In this document: positions 48,238 through 61,967 of the stretch, piece after piece | How positions within the stretch are numbered: the first letter of the stretch is position 1 | How the letters are laid out: the number at the start of each line of letters is the position of its first letter | The notes under the pieces: generated by a model | Database searches by the model: none | What the model was told of the DNA's origin: nothing | Seen by the model: the letters and a program-made list of their open reading frames with translations, nothing else | Source: Balanoglossus misakiensis | Taxonomy: Eukaryota; Animalia; Hemichordata | Length of the DNA stretch: 64,000 bases | Assembly: GCA_040954595.2 (NCBI GenBank) | Contig: CM082590.2 | Coordinates: 5,022,001-5,086,000 of the forward strand | Direction of reading: 5' to 3' | Program-made: the position numbers and the translations under genes

Positions 48238-51200
48238 CTATTGTTTACTTGCCAGCTCACGAAAGTGAGTTTCACAAACCCAAATAACACCCGTGCCATA
48301 AACTATTGGCTGAAGTCCCCCAAATTGTCCACCTTCATCAGCTTTACCTAAAAAGCGCTGGAATTCTTCACGGTGTGGAGATGATTTCATTTTTTCAAGC
48401 TCCTCTATGGATTCTTGTAGTGGCTCTTTGGATATGTCATTCAATTCTGGATACTTGCTTCCAAAATCATTCAAGAATTCTGTCAGTAAGTTACCTCCTT
48501 TCCCAGCGATTGCTGGAACTATTATTGCTGCTGCAGCAGCAGTACCGGTTGGATCTGGAATAAACTTCAACAAACCACCAGCTTTCTCAATGAACTTCAG
48601 AATTCTGCAGATATGTGGGCCATACTTCTTGAGAAACCCATTCACATTTCTAACTCGATAGCCTGGGGAATCAATGAAATGCAACTGTTGTGGGTTTTCA
48701 CAAAGCAAGTGGACTGCATAACCATCAGAGAAGTGGGAAAACACATACTGTGTCAGTTGACCCACAACTGATAGGCTGCCTGTGTTAACCGACAGCATAA
48801 CAAAGTGACTTGGGCAGCGCATGTCTTTGGACATGTCAAATCTAGTCTGGGTAGAAATTGGTCTTTCTACACCATGCCACTGTAGTAGGTCTAATCTGCT
48901 GTGAAACAGGTGACTCTTTGATGTGGGGATGGAGCAGATTAGACTGCTTCCACTCTGTGTCATTTCTCCAATGAAGGGTTCACGCAGAACAATACAGTGT
49001 GGGCATGATAGGGACTCTGGTACCTTCATATCAACATTCATGTACTGAGGGGTGTTGAGAACATCCTTCATGATGCCTTGGAGTTGTTGCAGGATGCAAC
49101 AAGCCTGTGGTCCCCTAACACTGACAAGGATACTGTTGCTATGGTAAAGCAACTCAAAACGCACAAGGTGCGCAGCATTAACACTGCCATCAAAACCACC
49201 TGACTTGACACATTCGCCACATGGTTCCATCTTCTCATTGCAAAGAAACACAATATTATTTCGTGTTTATGTGGGATGACTTGACTTTGCAAAAATGGCC
49301 TTCTCATTGACTGCAACTATTAGATCACAGAAAAACAGTGGAGGTAGAAAGCCAAATCGATAAAGGTGACTAGCCTGTCTGTCCTTGTTTTTGGGATATG
49401 GATACCAATTTTTCTCTGATGGCTGGCCAACAGGTAACTTACAAGGAAACAAATAACCCTTCTTTGCTTCAACTGATGTTTGTTCATCACCAAATGCAAA
49501 ACAGATACGCAATGATGTAAAAACATCTAAAAGTGAGCCACGATATTCACTTTCGATGTCTGCCCAGGCCTTTACCATGTTCTCCATTGACAGTATGCCA
49601 TTGTTATCAATGAATTCCCCAGACCCATCTTCCCGTGCATAAGATATCAGTGTCTTCAGTTTATTAGCCAGCCAATGGGGATCGAGTACTACCAGCACTT
49701 GCAGACCCTTGTCTCCAGTTGTAGATCTACATGGATCAACCACTATGTCACCCTGACTACACAGAAAACTGGTTGCATTATCTAATGTCACACCCTTTTC
49801 AATTCCAATGTTACCAGCAATCTCCTGGTATTCCTTGAAGGTCATTACTGGGTTTGGACGTTTCAGTCGTTCTGATTTTAAGTTCTCTCGCAAGAGATTC
49901 CACTTTTCTGGGATTTCTGGGTTTGTTGATTCCAAAAGATTATCACAAACCTTTGTTAGTGCTTTTTGCAACTGTGCAATGCTCTTATTCCCCTTGTATA
50001 ATATCCAATTTGGGAATTTTTCTGTGCTGCAAACCTCCACATATCCAACAATGTGTGGACAAGAAGTCAGAGCTCTTCCTTCTGAAGGAGGCATTTGACT
50101 TTCATCAACCAATTCCTCATCACCATCAATACTCACATATCCAGCCAATCCCTTAAACATACTCTTTCTTTTCAGCACATCTTGGTTCTGACACACTAAG
50201 CAATCTTGGCGCATATTTTGCCGGTAGTGCTTGCGATGTGTGTCTCTCATTTCAACAAGTGTATCATGAACCGTCTGCCAAATCAAGTCAAGCACAGCCC
50301 TGTTTAACATTGGCGCATCAGCATGGGTACCTACCAGAATAACTTGGGAATTTGGAGCATATGCAAACACAGTCTGCAACCACAATTTCACTCTCCCCAT
50401 TTGATGTGAAGATGACACCTTGTTCGATGTTGAACTAATGGCAAATTTGCTGAGGTCAAAGGTGACCAAAAAAACACTGTCATCTGTAATAAACAGTGAA
50501 TGTGATTCCAGAAAATCTACATCCCCAGCAAAATCCAACACGGTCAACTTAATATCTCTCTCTTTGAGATTTATTTCCGAGATGTCTATGCCATCAGTTT
50601 TCTGCGCGTCTGATGATTCACCCTTCAGTGCTTGCACTAGAGTTGTTTTTCCTACACGTTCATGACCAACGAGAACGACCTTGACATTCCTGTTAGGCAA
50701 CGTCTTTGTGTTCAGAAATTCCTTCAGGTAAGACAAGACAGCTTTCTTACCACCCCTTAGAATTTCACGTGGTATGTTTATGGCTGGATTTCCTTTTATG
50801 CTGATGTATTCACAATCAGCAAGTTTGCTCAACGATGGTGGTATTCTCTTAATTGAATCGTTACTCACATCCAATGTTGATAAACCAGGAATTGAACCGA
50901 TGTCCTCCTGCAGATCAGTCAAACCATTGTTATTTAAGAACAACTGTTTAACACTCCCACAAGCTACATGTAATTTGTTTACTTTCATACTGTCTGCTTG
51001 AGGAGATATTTTCACTTGGAGGGTACAGTAACTTACATTCAGTATTTCAAATGACCCAGAATGTTGGATAGACCATGGTACAGGGATCTTAGTATCAATG
51101 CAGGTGAAATACCTAGCTGAGGGCAAAAGCCAACCAGTCACTTTCTCGGGATCAAAAGACTTAACACTGATTAAAGTGACACTTTCCGATACCTTTATGT

Positions 51201-51447
51201 TTCTCACCTCCTCTATGTCGACATTACATAACACCAATGAACTTATTTCTCTATCCTTCATAAGTACATCTAACCTTGATAACGCTTTCCTGTCACCAAC
51301 TACAATTGCCTTTACTTTCTCGCCTCTGTTGTAAACGGCTCTCAACTTCTCACCCAAGGTGTCATCTGACAAGTCGAGGACTTCATGCGTCAAATCGGAT
51401 TTTTCAACAAAGATTAGATCCATCTTTCCAGCTTTGAGTAACGCTTT
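48238..51447 (-). CDS. Large terminal exon of a ROCO protein (LRR-Roc GTPase-COR-C-terminal domain) with one in-frame TAA at 49267-49269
   Basis: Phase-0 acceptor ttttcag|AAAGCG. LRRs (LFLNNNGLTDL, LDVSND, GNP). Roc motifs GHERVGKTT, TDGIDI, DFAG and LVGTHAD. COR motifs PEKW, LDPHWL, FPCKLP and FLPP. ORFs 49267-51525 and 48238-49251 share a frame and read HPT*TRNNIVFLC across the stop. Confidence 0.9.
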
Positions 51448-52944
51448 CTGAAAAAAGAACACATCCAATGAATTCCTTCTGTATATAACACATGAACAAC
51501 AGTATACTACACATTGAGGATTCATTTATACATTCTTCGCGGAGTAAATATGATGTAGTTTCTCTTTCTGGGATATGTGTACTCGTGCAATCGTTCTTTT
51601 GTCTGAAAAAAGAGCATTCTATGAATCCAGTACAAAAACGACTGTCTGTACATACGATTCATCAATTCATTTGTTAACATGTATGGTTCAGAGAGCCTTG
51701 TTAGACTCTTAAACAGTTACTATTCTTTGATTCACTTTATTCCGTTGTTCTTCTGTAGTTTCTCTTTCTGGATAGGTGGACTAATAATCTTTCATGCATA
51801 ATGTGCATGCCCTATGCTCTTTCATATCATATTGCTAGATTCTGATTGCCACAGATGTACCGCGACAATTGCTATTACTTCTTTACAGGGTGTTATGATG
51901 AACACAGATGTAGTCCCACTTTGTAGGTTTCTGCACTAACATTTTTGCATGTATTAGGTATGAAAATCTAAATTCCTATATCTTACATGATACATGTTGC
52001 TATAAGTAGGTTTATATTGCTGTACTTGTACTGCAGATTTTTTTTTCTGTGTGTGGAGATGTGGGGAAATTGTACAGATAACATATCAATAGTACTGATA
52101 TATAAAATGGGAATTCACCTTGGTTGATAGTGATACACGGGAATATGACAGCAATGTCAACAGCATTGTCCCCTTATTGTATAGCTATAGGTTGAAAGAA
52201 AAATACACATAGTTTATGAAATATATCAATGTCTGAACCTCTTCTTTTGATAGTTATATAATTATATTTTTCATCTCAGGATGTGACCAAACCTAGCATA
52301 AATGTGTCTAAACATTTACAAAGCATTACCAATCCCTCAGAAGTGTGTTGACACATATCGATCATTGCAGTGTATGAGTTAAACATCAGAAAATCTGCAT
52401 GACCTGCTTTATTCTGCTTCATTCTGTTCGCATGTGATTAATTGTACATTGGCCGTAAACTAAAGGGATATTCTCGGATAAACAATGAAACTTTAACCAT
52501 AATACTTTATGTTACATATTGTTTTTATTTTCCGAGATGGGTTGGCAGGACAGACAAAGCATCTCTTGGGTTTCAGTGTCTGAAATGTTGAAACTGACAT
52601 TTCGATGTGTTATGCATGTAATGAGAAGCTATCATGCATGTAATATGCATGTAATATGCATAATTAATAAATTATTATCACATGACTATCCTGCGTTTGA
52701 TTTGCATAGAAACCTGCAGTAGTCTGTGAGCGGCATTTGTTATCCAGACTAGGCTTTTTGAGCTTATTTAATTCAATTCAAGTTCACAGCCTGTGAAGAA
52801 GCTTGAACTCAAACATCATAGCAAGCGCCATTTAATCGCTTGTGTTTATAAGCCATTACAATTATATGCGGTGATCTGTCTGTGACCAATATCTTGGTCA
52901 AGGATATAACACTACCACCATGTCTGGACTTGATAGATACATAC

Positions 52945-52986
52945 CTTCAACTTTCTTACTGCATAATCCAAAGGGGTTTGGCCATG
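52945..52986 (-). CDS. Short ankyrin-cap exon of the ROCO gene (HGQTPLDYAVRKLK)
   Basis: 42-nt phase-0/0 exon, tatacag|...|gtatgt, with the GxTPL ankyrin motif. Confidence 0.8.
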
Positions 52987-55734
52987 CTGTATAAAATATA
53001 AGAAGCCATATAACAGAGTTAATCGCTTGTTTTTTCTTGTTTGTCTGTCAGACCTACAGAAATATTTATCTGGACAGCTTAAAGTCTGTAAGCATGCGAG
53101 AGATTGCTTTTGATTTTATAATAGAAGAGGTATGAATAGAAGGCACAAAAACAAACAGTGCTTATGAATTATAAGCACTGTTCGTTATAAACTAGTCTAG
53201 CGCCTGCCAAAGCTCGCAAAATATCGTCTGTGCATGAATGCACTGGAAAGTAAAATGGCCGCAAAAGCGACCAACGTAATGCCATGTTGCTTCTTGTCAC
53301 AGTCTGGTTTATGTTTGTTAAAGCTGTAATAAAAGGATCATTTCCCACTGGCCAAAACTGTACACGTGGTTTGGATGTCTAAAGTTAAGTTGTCTACAAC
53401 TTCACCGCCATTGAATGAAAACAAAACAAGAATAATTTCCACAAAGTCAGCCAGCATGTTGGGGAGCCAGAATAATCTTATGAACTCTCACGGCAGATAA
53501 CCATCCACCTGAAGTACCCGATAATATTAACCGAGAACTGGGTGATAAACGTTGGAATTTCGTGGATGTACGCGAAAAATTCAGGAATGACACACAATTC
53601 TTGCCTACGTGCGAAACTTAAACAGGAAGAGTCAGTTGTGTCCACAATGCAAATTAAAAAGTCCCCCCAGACCGCCATATTTTAAGCGTATTTCAGGCAA
53701 AATCGGGTGTACGGTGGTCACCGATTCCACTAAATGACAATAAATCACCAAACGAAACTATGTTTCAACTCTCTTCGGAAACACATGGCCGACGACTGCT
53801 AATATACGAGAGAATAGAACAAATGTAACGGATAGCCTCACACTTCACTGTGTAAAGCGCGCCGGGGATCTACTTCAGCGACTACCATTCTACCTTACTT
53901 CACCGCTAGTGGCGTCCTGCAACAGCCAATTTTAATTTGGCGTCAGTCACTTGTAAGTGAAGTAATGCAGTTTCCATCAAGTCTTATTTGTTTGCTATCT
54001 TTAGGAATATGATCAACGAACAACTAGTGCGGTCGAACTGTTTTTGGCAAAGTTTCAGGGTAACAATTTAATCGCCGTGATTATTTCAAAGAATTTAGTT
54101 AAAACCTGAGTGACGGGTATTGTACGGGCATTGCACATGTAGGGTCATGTTTGGATTGACAATGCCATAGGTGCTAATTTGTGTCCGTCTTCGGGACTAT
54201 AGGCAACGAACAACCAATACGTCTGAAACACAATATCTCGAATATGAGAGTGAGCGAAATTATTTTAAGAAGTAAAGGTCGCATGAGTTTAAATTAATCA
54301 AGTCTTTGATACTTCAGGGGGAGTTGACCCTTTCCTGAGTCTGTCTTGATCATAGCAACCTGATACAAAATGTTTTGTGTATCTATAAGGGCATTTTATT
54401 AGCTTGCCTTTATCTATCGCTACAAGTCGTACATTAATTTTTAAAAGCATAGCAAGTCTAGAATGTTTTCTCCGTTCTTCTAAAGTTTTCTATCGTGGTA
54501 TCTTCAGACAAATCAACGGGGAGAAATCATGAGAGCCAGCTCAGCGAGCTTGAGTGCGAGGTGAGGGCGGACTTTATCTGAACCATAAATCATAGCAAAA
54601 ATTCTAGGTTAATGAAAGGTGTCTTGGGTGAAACCCTCAATAACTGAATTGCATTGCAAAGATTAAGTGGGATTCTCCCTATGTTAGCATTGGTATATGT
54701 GACAGTTTCTCTGGAATGGTTTGTAAAAATAAGCCCTTTTCCGTCTCAACCTTGCCATAACATCTCAAAGCTCTTTAATTTTTTCTTGTGCTTTTTTGGT
54801 TATCTTCTTAATTGGTGAAATGCAGTTCAGGTCTGGCAAACATGGATTTATTAATATTGAAGAGCAGGTTTAGCAAGAAATCAGAACTGAATGGTGAAGG
54901 TTTGTGGGTTGACGCATTTATATTTGCAGATTTTGTACGAACGCTTTTACAAGACTTAGTTGTGACGGGTACTAGCCTTTGTCAAATGTGTTGCACAATC
55001 ACGACCGCCTGGTGGCACTGTGACCATAGGTTGCCTGTGCGAAATAGGTGATAGACGCCCTTCTCGTCTGAGGCCATGTTTATTAAATCGGGCATGGAGT
55101 AATGAGCGGATGTTTTCTCCGTATCCGGAGGTCTGGTCACGGTTGCGTTGTGATCATTCGTTCCACGTATTCCAGTTTTCCCAGCATTTTGGATTTCTCT
55201 ATGTTCAGTGTCTCCATTTCCTGTTCCGGTGAGACACTGGAATTCCGCGTTTTCCTTGATTTGTTGATAGTTTTGTTCGAGATTTGATTTTTCTCTGCCA
55301 GGGGGGATCTCTCGGAGTAGGGTGCCAGAAGTGCCCGATCAAGTAGTTAGTTTTGTGCCCGGAAGGGGTGCCACCGTTTTGATTTTGAAAAGAAAACAAA
55401 TTGCCCGTATCACACGTAGAACGGAAACTTGTAAAGTGCGCACATTTGTACGCATCTGTTCCTTCCCAGGAAATCTTTGAGATTTTCTGAAGTACTCACT
55501 TCTACTATTGCCTTTTCATGAGATTATACACATGCCTTATATAAATTATAATATTAAATGTTTAAACAATCTTTAATTAAACAATAGACATTTACAATGT
55601 ATATTTACAATAATATAAATCTGCTGATCTTGATCTCACATTCAACAAAAACAAACAACACTTCCTGCTCTGTATGATTTATTTCATTTTTTTAATCATG
55701 TGTAAACACTGTATAATTATACAAGACAGGCTGC

Positions 55735-56910
55735 CATTGTTAAAATAGGTTGTAAAGTCTGGGTCGCTGGGAATAAGGCAGAGGAATAGTCGTTAACTAT
55801 TTTTTTATTTACCTATGTTCAAAAATGTGTGTTATTGATAATAAAACGTGTCAACTGATGTGTGAGTGTAGAATAGAATGAGTGTCATTACAGTAACTTA
55901 CGTTGGTCTGCGCATCGATGCTGGCATTGGATTGCAGTAGAAGTCTCACCACGCCACCAGACCCATACCGTACTGCATGGTGTAACGGTGCCCAACCATT
56001 CTTTGGGAATACAACAAAAATGTGTCACTGAGCATCTCTGATTATAACCGTCTAAAGGAAACATGCAATGTTTCATTAAGCATGCAATGTTACACACATT
56101 CTGAACATTCATTTGTGAGATGACACAACATGTTTTGCCGACACTTTTCTTTGGGTAAATTAATAGCAGGATACATGCCAGTCCCCCACGTAATGGACAT
56201 GAATGCATGATGTGGTGATAGGGCAGTGTCCTTTGAGGGTACATTAACATAACAGGTATTCTTTTACTTGAGATTTATGATACGTGCGTCTGTTGTTTTC
56301 ATTTGAAGTTACCCACTGTACAATACCTCAAACTGACAATGATTTAAATATAATAAAAACGTGTCAACTGATGTGTGAGTATAGAATAGAATGAGTGTCA
56401 TTACAGTAACTTACATTGGTCTGCACATCGATGCTGGCATTGGATTGCAGTAGAAGTCTCACCACGTCACGACAGCCATTCCGTGCTGCCTTGTGTAACG
56501 GTGCCTCGCCAAACTGTGGTAATACAACAAAAAATGTGTCAGTGAAAATCTCTGATTATAAGCGTCTAAGGGAACACGAAATGTTTCATTAAACATGCAC
56601 TGTTACACACATTCTGAAACATTCATTTTTGAGATGGCAGAACATGTTTTGCCGAAACTTTTTTCTTTTTTTTTCTTTTTTTTTTTGGGGGGGGGGGGGG
56701 GGGGGAAATAAATTAATAGAAGGATACATCCCAGTCCCCCACGTAATGGACATGAATGCATGATGTGGTGATAGGGCTCTGACCTTTGAGGGTACATTAA
56801 CATCACAGGTATTCTTTTACTTGAGATTTATGATACGCGCGTGTGTTGTTTTCATTTGAAGATGCCCTCTGTACAATACCTCAAACTGACAGTGATCTAA
56901 ATATTATAAA
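55735..56910. repeat. Two tandem copies of a ~560-620-bp intronic repeat; third copy at 60693-61965 split by a MITE and cut by a LINE
   Basis: Shared sequence such as gaatagaatgagtgtcattacagtaacttac and ccagtccccc acgtaatggacatgaatgc occurs in all three copies. Confidence 0.85.
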
Positions 56911-57973
56911 AGCCTAGACAGCAGTTTCATTACCCCTTAAAAGAGCATTGGAATTAGCCAATCAAAGAACGCCAATTATGAATGAAAGATAAGAAATATG
57001 CGGAACCACTATTGACATTCAAATGATTATGGTAGACTTCAGCCAGAAAACTTTATGTTAGTCTCGCCAGCCAGACCTCTCTCTCTGTCATTCGACGGCA
57101 TAGGTACACGAAGTGCGCCACGAGCGGTGAAGCCACAAGAATCGAGCATCGGAGACAACGTCGCCGCTTTTGGCGCTCTTCGTGTGCCTGTGCGCGGCGT
57201 CGACTGAAAGCGAGCTCTGGCCAGTGAGAATGATGTTTCTTTAGAGTCAGTTTCATAACGGTAACTGCATGATGACGGTTTATGAAAGAATCCCACTTTG
57301 TAGATTTTCGGTTGAAAAGTCGTCCCAAGTTTGGGTTTTTTTCCGTTGAAAAGTGACCCTTCTTGGTGGCACATACCCTTTCACATTCCTATGGGAGTAA
57401 TACCCCCCCCCCCCCCCCCCGGCCTGTTGTGCAGGATACATGGCACCCCTGCAATTTACAATTATTTATTTTCGGAGCTTTATTTCGCTTCGCCGTTGTT
57501 ACTGACAGCTATTACACTACAGTTTGTTTAAATATAAAATAAATGTATCATCGTGCACGTAGCAATAGTTCGTGGTTAGGTCCCTAACTTTCCAGTCAGA
57601 AAGTAACTATTGGTAGATTATTTATCGAAAAACCTAATTACGCATTTCGATATGAACACCCTGATCCAAACCTCTCGAATTACTCGATGCTTTAATAAAA
57701 TATTGCTTTATAGTGGTATGATATTCAAAAATGAATTGGTTGGTCTAAAAAGAGATTAGAATTAAACTTGGTCTCAGGTAAAGCCACGGTCCAAAAACTC
57801 TCCCTCAAACTCTTTCATACTCTTCATAATCCTATTATGTGTGTGTCGGTTTATTGCAGTAAACTAGTTTCGTGATTGACATCCCGAAGGTCGTCAACAC
57901 TACAACATATAAGTACAGTGTCACCTTTTCGGCTGTTTGGGCTATTGGTGAGTGAGCATGTAAAGCCACTTAC

Positions 57974-58072
57974 ATAATTCTTAGCATTGACGTCAGCTCC
58001 ATGGTCGATCAACACTTGTGCCGCTTCCAGTTTATTTTCGTCGGCCGCTACTAGCAATGCTGTGGAGTCATA
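57974..58072 (-). CDS. Ankyrin-repeat exon of the ROCO gene
   Basis: 99-nt phase-0/0 exon, tttcag|...|gtaagt, translating to YDSTALLVAADENKLEAAQVLIDHGADVNAKNY. Confidence 0.88.
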
Positions 58073-58696
58073 CTGAAATTGACAAATTCATTTGAATTAA
58101 AATAAACACAAGCTTTGTTCCAATGTTGGACTTGTAAGGTGACATGGCTATCATTTCACTGGAATTGATTTGTAACTGTAAGTGTTGACTGATATTATGA
58201 GTTAAATGTGTGTAGCATCTATAGTTGCTTCAGACCTAAACACTATTGTTTCAGAGAACATTTATAATGTGTCCTATAGATTTTTATAACAAGTGTAACA
58301 CTATAAAATTCTAATATAATGTAGCGCACGGCACATGTTTATGCACACTCATAGGTGCAACAGGTCTTTAAATATCATTTCATAAATTACATTGATATGT
58401 TGAAATTTTCAATCACACCAAGTACTCTAACAGATAAACATGGCGGACATGGTGATACACCCGACACACACAATCCCCTGTTTCTCTGTTGATGTAAGTT
58501 AATATTTAGGTATAGCCTGCTATGAACCCAACGTTGGTACGAGCGGTACATCAATGTTATAATTATTTAATGTTGCTAGGAAACATCAGAAAAAGAACTG
58601 TCTAAACCAGTCTGGACGTTTCTCTCAAATTTGTCTTTTTTTTTAAAAGAAAGCGTTTGTAGTATCCATTGAATGGAACTGAAATACCATATGTCT

Positions 58697-59528
58697 GGTT
58701 CACTAAATTTAACGAAAAACATGAAAGGAAAATTGGGTCGCTCAAATAAGTGTGAAAGTGGAGTTCACTAAACAAATTTAAAGTGAACCGACACCTTCCT
58801 TGTAGAGAGATTCTAATAAAATCTTTGTGAAAAACATGAGTGATTTGCCTCGTTTTTATTCACTTTCACTTTATCGCGCACCAGCGTAGCGTCGATCTCG
58901 ATATGCAGTGTGACGTCACAGACTAGTCACCAGTAGCAGACGCCACCGTGCGCACGCTAACGTACACAGACAGTTGACATGGCTGGCTGCCTCACACGTT
59001 GGAGCAAAAACAGAGTTGGCAAAACACGGTGAAAGGTTTTATAAAAGTTCCCGACCCCAAAATGCAAATCAAGCTGAAAAATGGGTGTCAAACATTGGCA
59101 TATTATTTCGGTGCTTATTGCTGAGACAGATGATACTTTTGCTTCGGAAATGTTCGTTTTCAACTAGGCCCTATATCGTGAAGCATATTGCAAAAAAAAA
59201 ACACACAGCAAAAATGGTCGAAACAGCCGGGGCTCCTGATTTCCTTTGATCACCATATGACGAAACCGAATTTTTGGCACTGTAAATCAAAACTCTGATC
59301 GGAAGAAAGTAGTGTGGCGGAAATAGGCCTACTAGTGAACACTGTTTTTGTCGCGTACCCAAGCTGTGAATGCATCGCAAAACCATTTCCAAAGACAAAA
59401 AGATTTTATTAGAATCTCTCTACAAGGAAGGTGTCGGTTCACTTTAAATTTGTTTAGTGAACTCCACTTACACACTTATTTGAGCGACCCAATTTTCCTT
59501 TTATGTTTTTTGTTAAATTTAGTGAACC
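58697..59528. mobile_element. Non-autonomous DNA transposon with ~130-bp TIRs and 3-bp TSD TCT
   Basis: tct|ggttcactaaatttaac...gttaaatttagtgaacc|tct. Confidence 0.8.
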
Positions 59529-61017
59529 TCTAAGTTTACAATGACACATAATGCATGGGGCACATGCAATCAGTAGATTCCTTCACAAATAAAGATATCA
59601 TCCAAATGGCAACTCTCCAGCCTGCAATGACACAGATTCTACATATTCTTCGGGTGTCCGCAAATGAAACATTTCAGCCCGGCCTTGTCACGACTCTGAT
59701 ATTCTCCCTGTATTCCTCATAGACAAGCACTATGTCCTTACTCTGGCATTATTCTATGTCAATCGAGGTACAATAACACGTTGATCTCCAATCATGGGTG
59801 TTTATTCACCCAAGTAATTTATACAGCAAAGATATCCATCGAATAGCCAGAGGAAATAAATATTACCGTCAGTCAACAGCTGACCAACCTCAAAGATTCA
59901 AATCACGCCTTAAGAATAAATGTACACTTGTAATACAAATACCAGAGACTAAAGAAATCTGCACTTTTCGTTTATAAGGGCAACCAATGGCACTCTTTTC
60001 CATGACCATATTCACCTGAATTTCAGTCGACTTACGACGCGGGATTTTTAATCTCTATGTTGTGTCGCTTTTGTGTTTTTAATTTTTTTGTAAACACTTT
60101 CATTTATTATGACATTTGCATCTATCTAGACTTGTCAACAACCGCGCCACAGACTGTTACTGGTCACAATATACAGATACTTGGACATTTCATCTAACAC
60201 TATGTTCTTATTCGTTTCGGTTTCAAATTTCTCTTTCTAACCTCAAATTGCTATAAGAGAATCACAAAGGAGGAAACAAGCTTTATTGTCTGACACATGT
60301 TTTCTATTTCAAATGCATTAAGCTTGTATATGAAACAGAACTCGATCAGCACTTGGCATGAACTGAAAGCAGCAAATGCTCCAGCGAAGCCGGAGTTATG
60401 ACTGTATGTACATGTATACTCATACACATCTGAATGTCATGTTCGCGTTGGCTTTATGACTGCCAAACAGAAAGTTTGTTTCAGGGTTTTGACAAATATC
60501 TTTGGAGTAGGCAAGTGACAGGCGCACATCAGGAAACAAATTATATCTTATGAAACGCAGGGATGGTGTGATTTTCAATATTACCTACACAGTCATAAAT
60601 TGCGACATGTGGTGGGAAGGTATTTAAAATAAACTTAGGCGTAACTACGGCAACACGAGGCAAAGGCAAGCCAAATTCTGACAGGAACATTGTCATTGTT
60701 AAAATAGGTTGTAAAGTCTGGGTCGTTGGGAATAAGGCAGAGGGATAGTCGTTAACTATTTATTTTCATTTACCTATGTTCAAAAATGTGTGATATGGAT
60801 AATAAAACATGTCAACTGATGTATGGGTGCAGAATAGAATGAGTGTCATTACAGTAACTTACGTTACTCCGCACATCGATGCTGGCACTGGATTGCAGTA
60901 GAAGTTTCACCACGTCACCATGGCCATTCCTTGCTGCACAGTGTAACGGTGCCCAACCATCCTGTGGGAATACAACAAACATGTGTCACTGAAAATCCCT
61001 GACTATAACCTTCAAAT

Positions 61018-61734
61018 AGTCCTGTTTCAAAATGACCTACATTACACGTCCTATGCACATGTATTGCATGTTCTGATTGGTTTATCCGCTTCTCTAAGGT
61101 CCACTTGCGGCACGCTAATTGGAGGGACCTTATGTGTTAGGTCTTATTACTATGTATTATTCACTTTACAGCTCCCTGATTGGTTAACATGTCAGTCTGG
61201 TCCCCCATGTGTTCACTGCCTCATTATACAGGACCTTGTAGGTTAGGTCTTATTAACATGTATTTATTCAATTTTCAGCTCCCTGATTGGTTAATGCGTA
61301 GGTCTCCAATTGTCACTGCCTCGTTATGACAACGCGCAGGCAGCATGGCAGACAGAATACGACAACTGTATTCAGAAAGTACAAAAGACTTTGCATAACG
61401 AGGCAGTGACAATTGGAGACCTACGCATTAACCAATCAGTGAGCTGAAAATTGAATAAATACATGTTAATAAGACCTAACCTACAAGGTCCTGTATAATG
61501 AGGCAGTGAACACTGGAGGACCAGACCTACACATTAACCAATCAGGGAGCTGTAAAGTGAATAATACATAGTAATAAGACCAAACCTACAAGGTCTAGTG
61601 AATAATACATAATAATAAGACCTAACACATAAGGTCCCTCCAATCAGCGTGCCGCAAGTGGACCTAAGATTACCAGATGGACCAATCACAGATGTCGGTA
61701 CATATGTCATGGACCTGACTAATGAAACAGGACT
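61018..61734. mobile_element. Palindromic MITE (PIF/Harbinger-like, AAT TSD) with internal subrepeats
   Basis: aat|agtcctgtttca...tgaaacaggact|aat. The arms are self-complementary to a centre at ~61360, and the empty site is visible in the paralogous repeats at ~56050 and ~56565. Confidence 0.8.
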
Positions 61735-61967
61735 AATGGAACACGCAATGTTTCATTAAACATGCACTGCTATACACATTCTGAACATTCATTTGTGAGA
61801 TGGTACAACATGTTTTGCCGAATTTTTTTGGGCGGGGGGGGGGATAAATTAATAGTAGGATACATCCCAGTCCCCCACGTAATGGACATGAATGCATGAT
61901 GTGGTGATAGGGCTCTGACCTTTGAGGGTACATTAACATCACAGGTATTCTTTTACTTGAGATTTAG

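Noticed and set aside
49252-49269. Frameshift or tiny intron between the two ROCO ORFs; selenocysteine or programmed readthrough
   Set aside because: The ORFs are in the same frame with no GT-AG around the stop, and the codon is TAA rather than TGA in a leaky context.
51448-51525. ATG at 51525 as the ROCO start codon
   Set aside because: It lies upstream of a strong ttttcag acceptor at 51448, and in-phase ankyrin exons exist further upstream, so this part is most likely intron.
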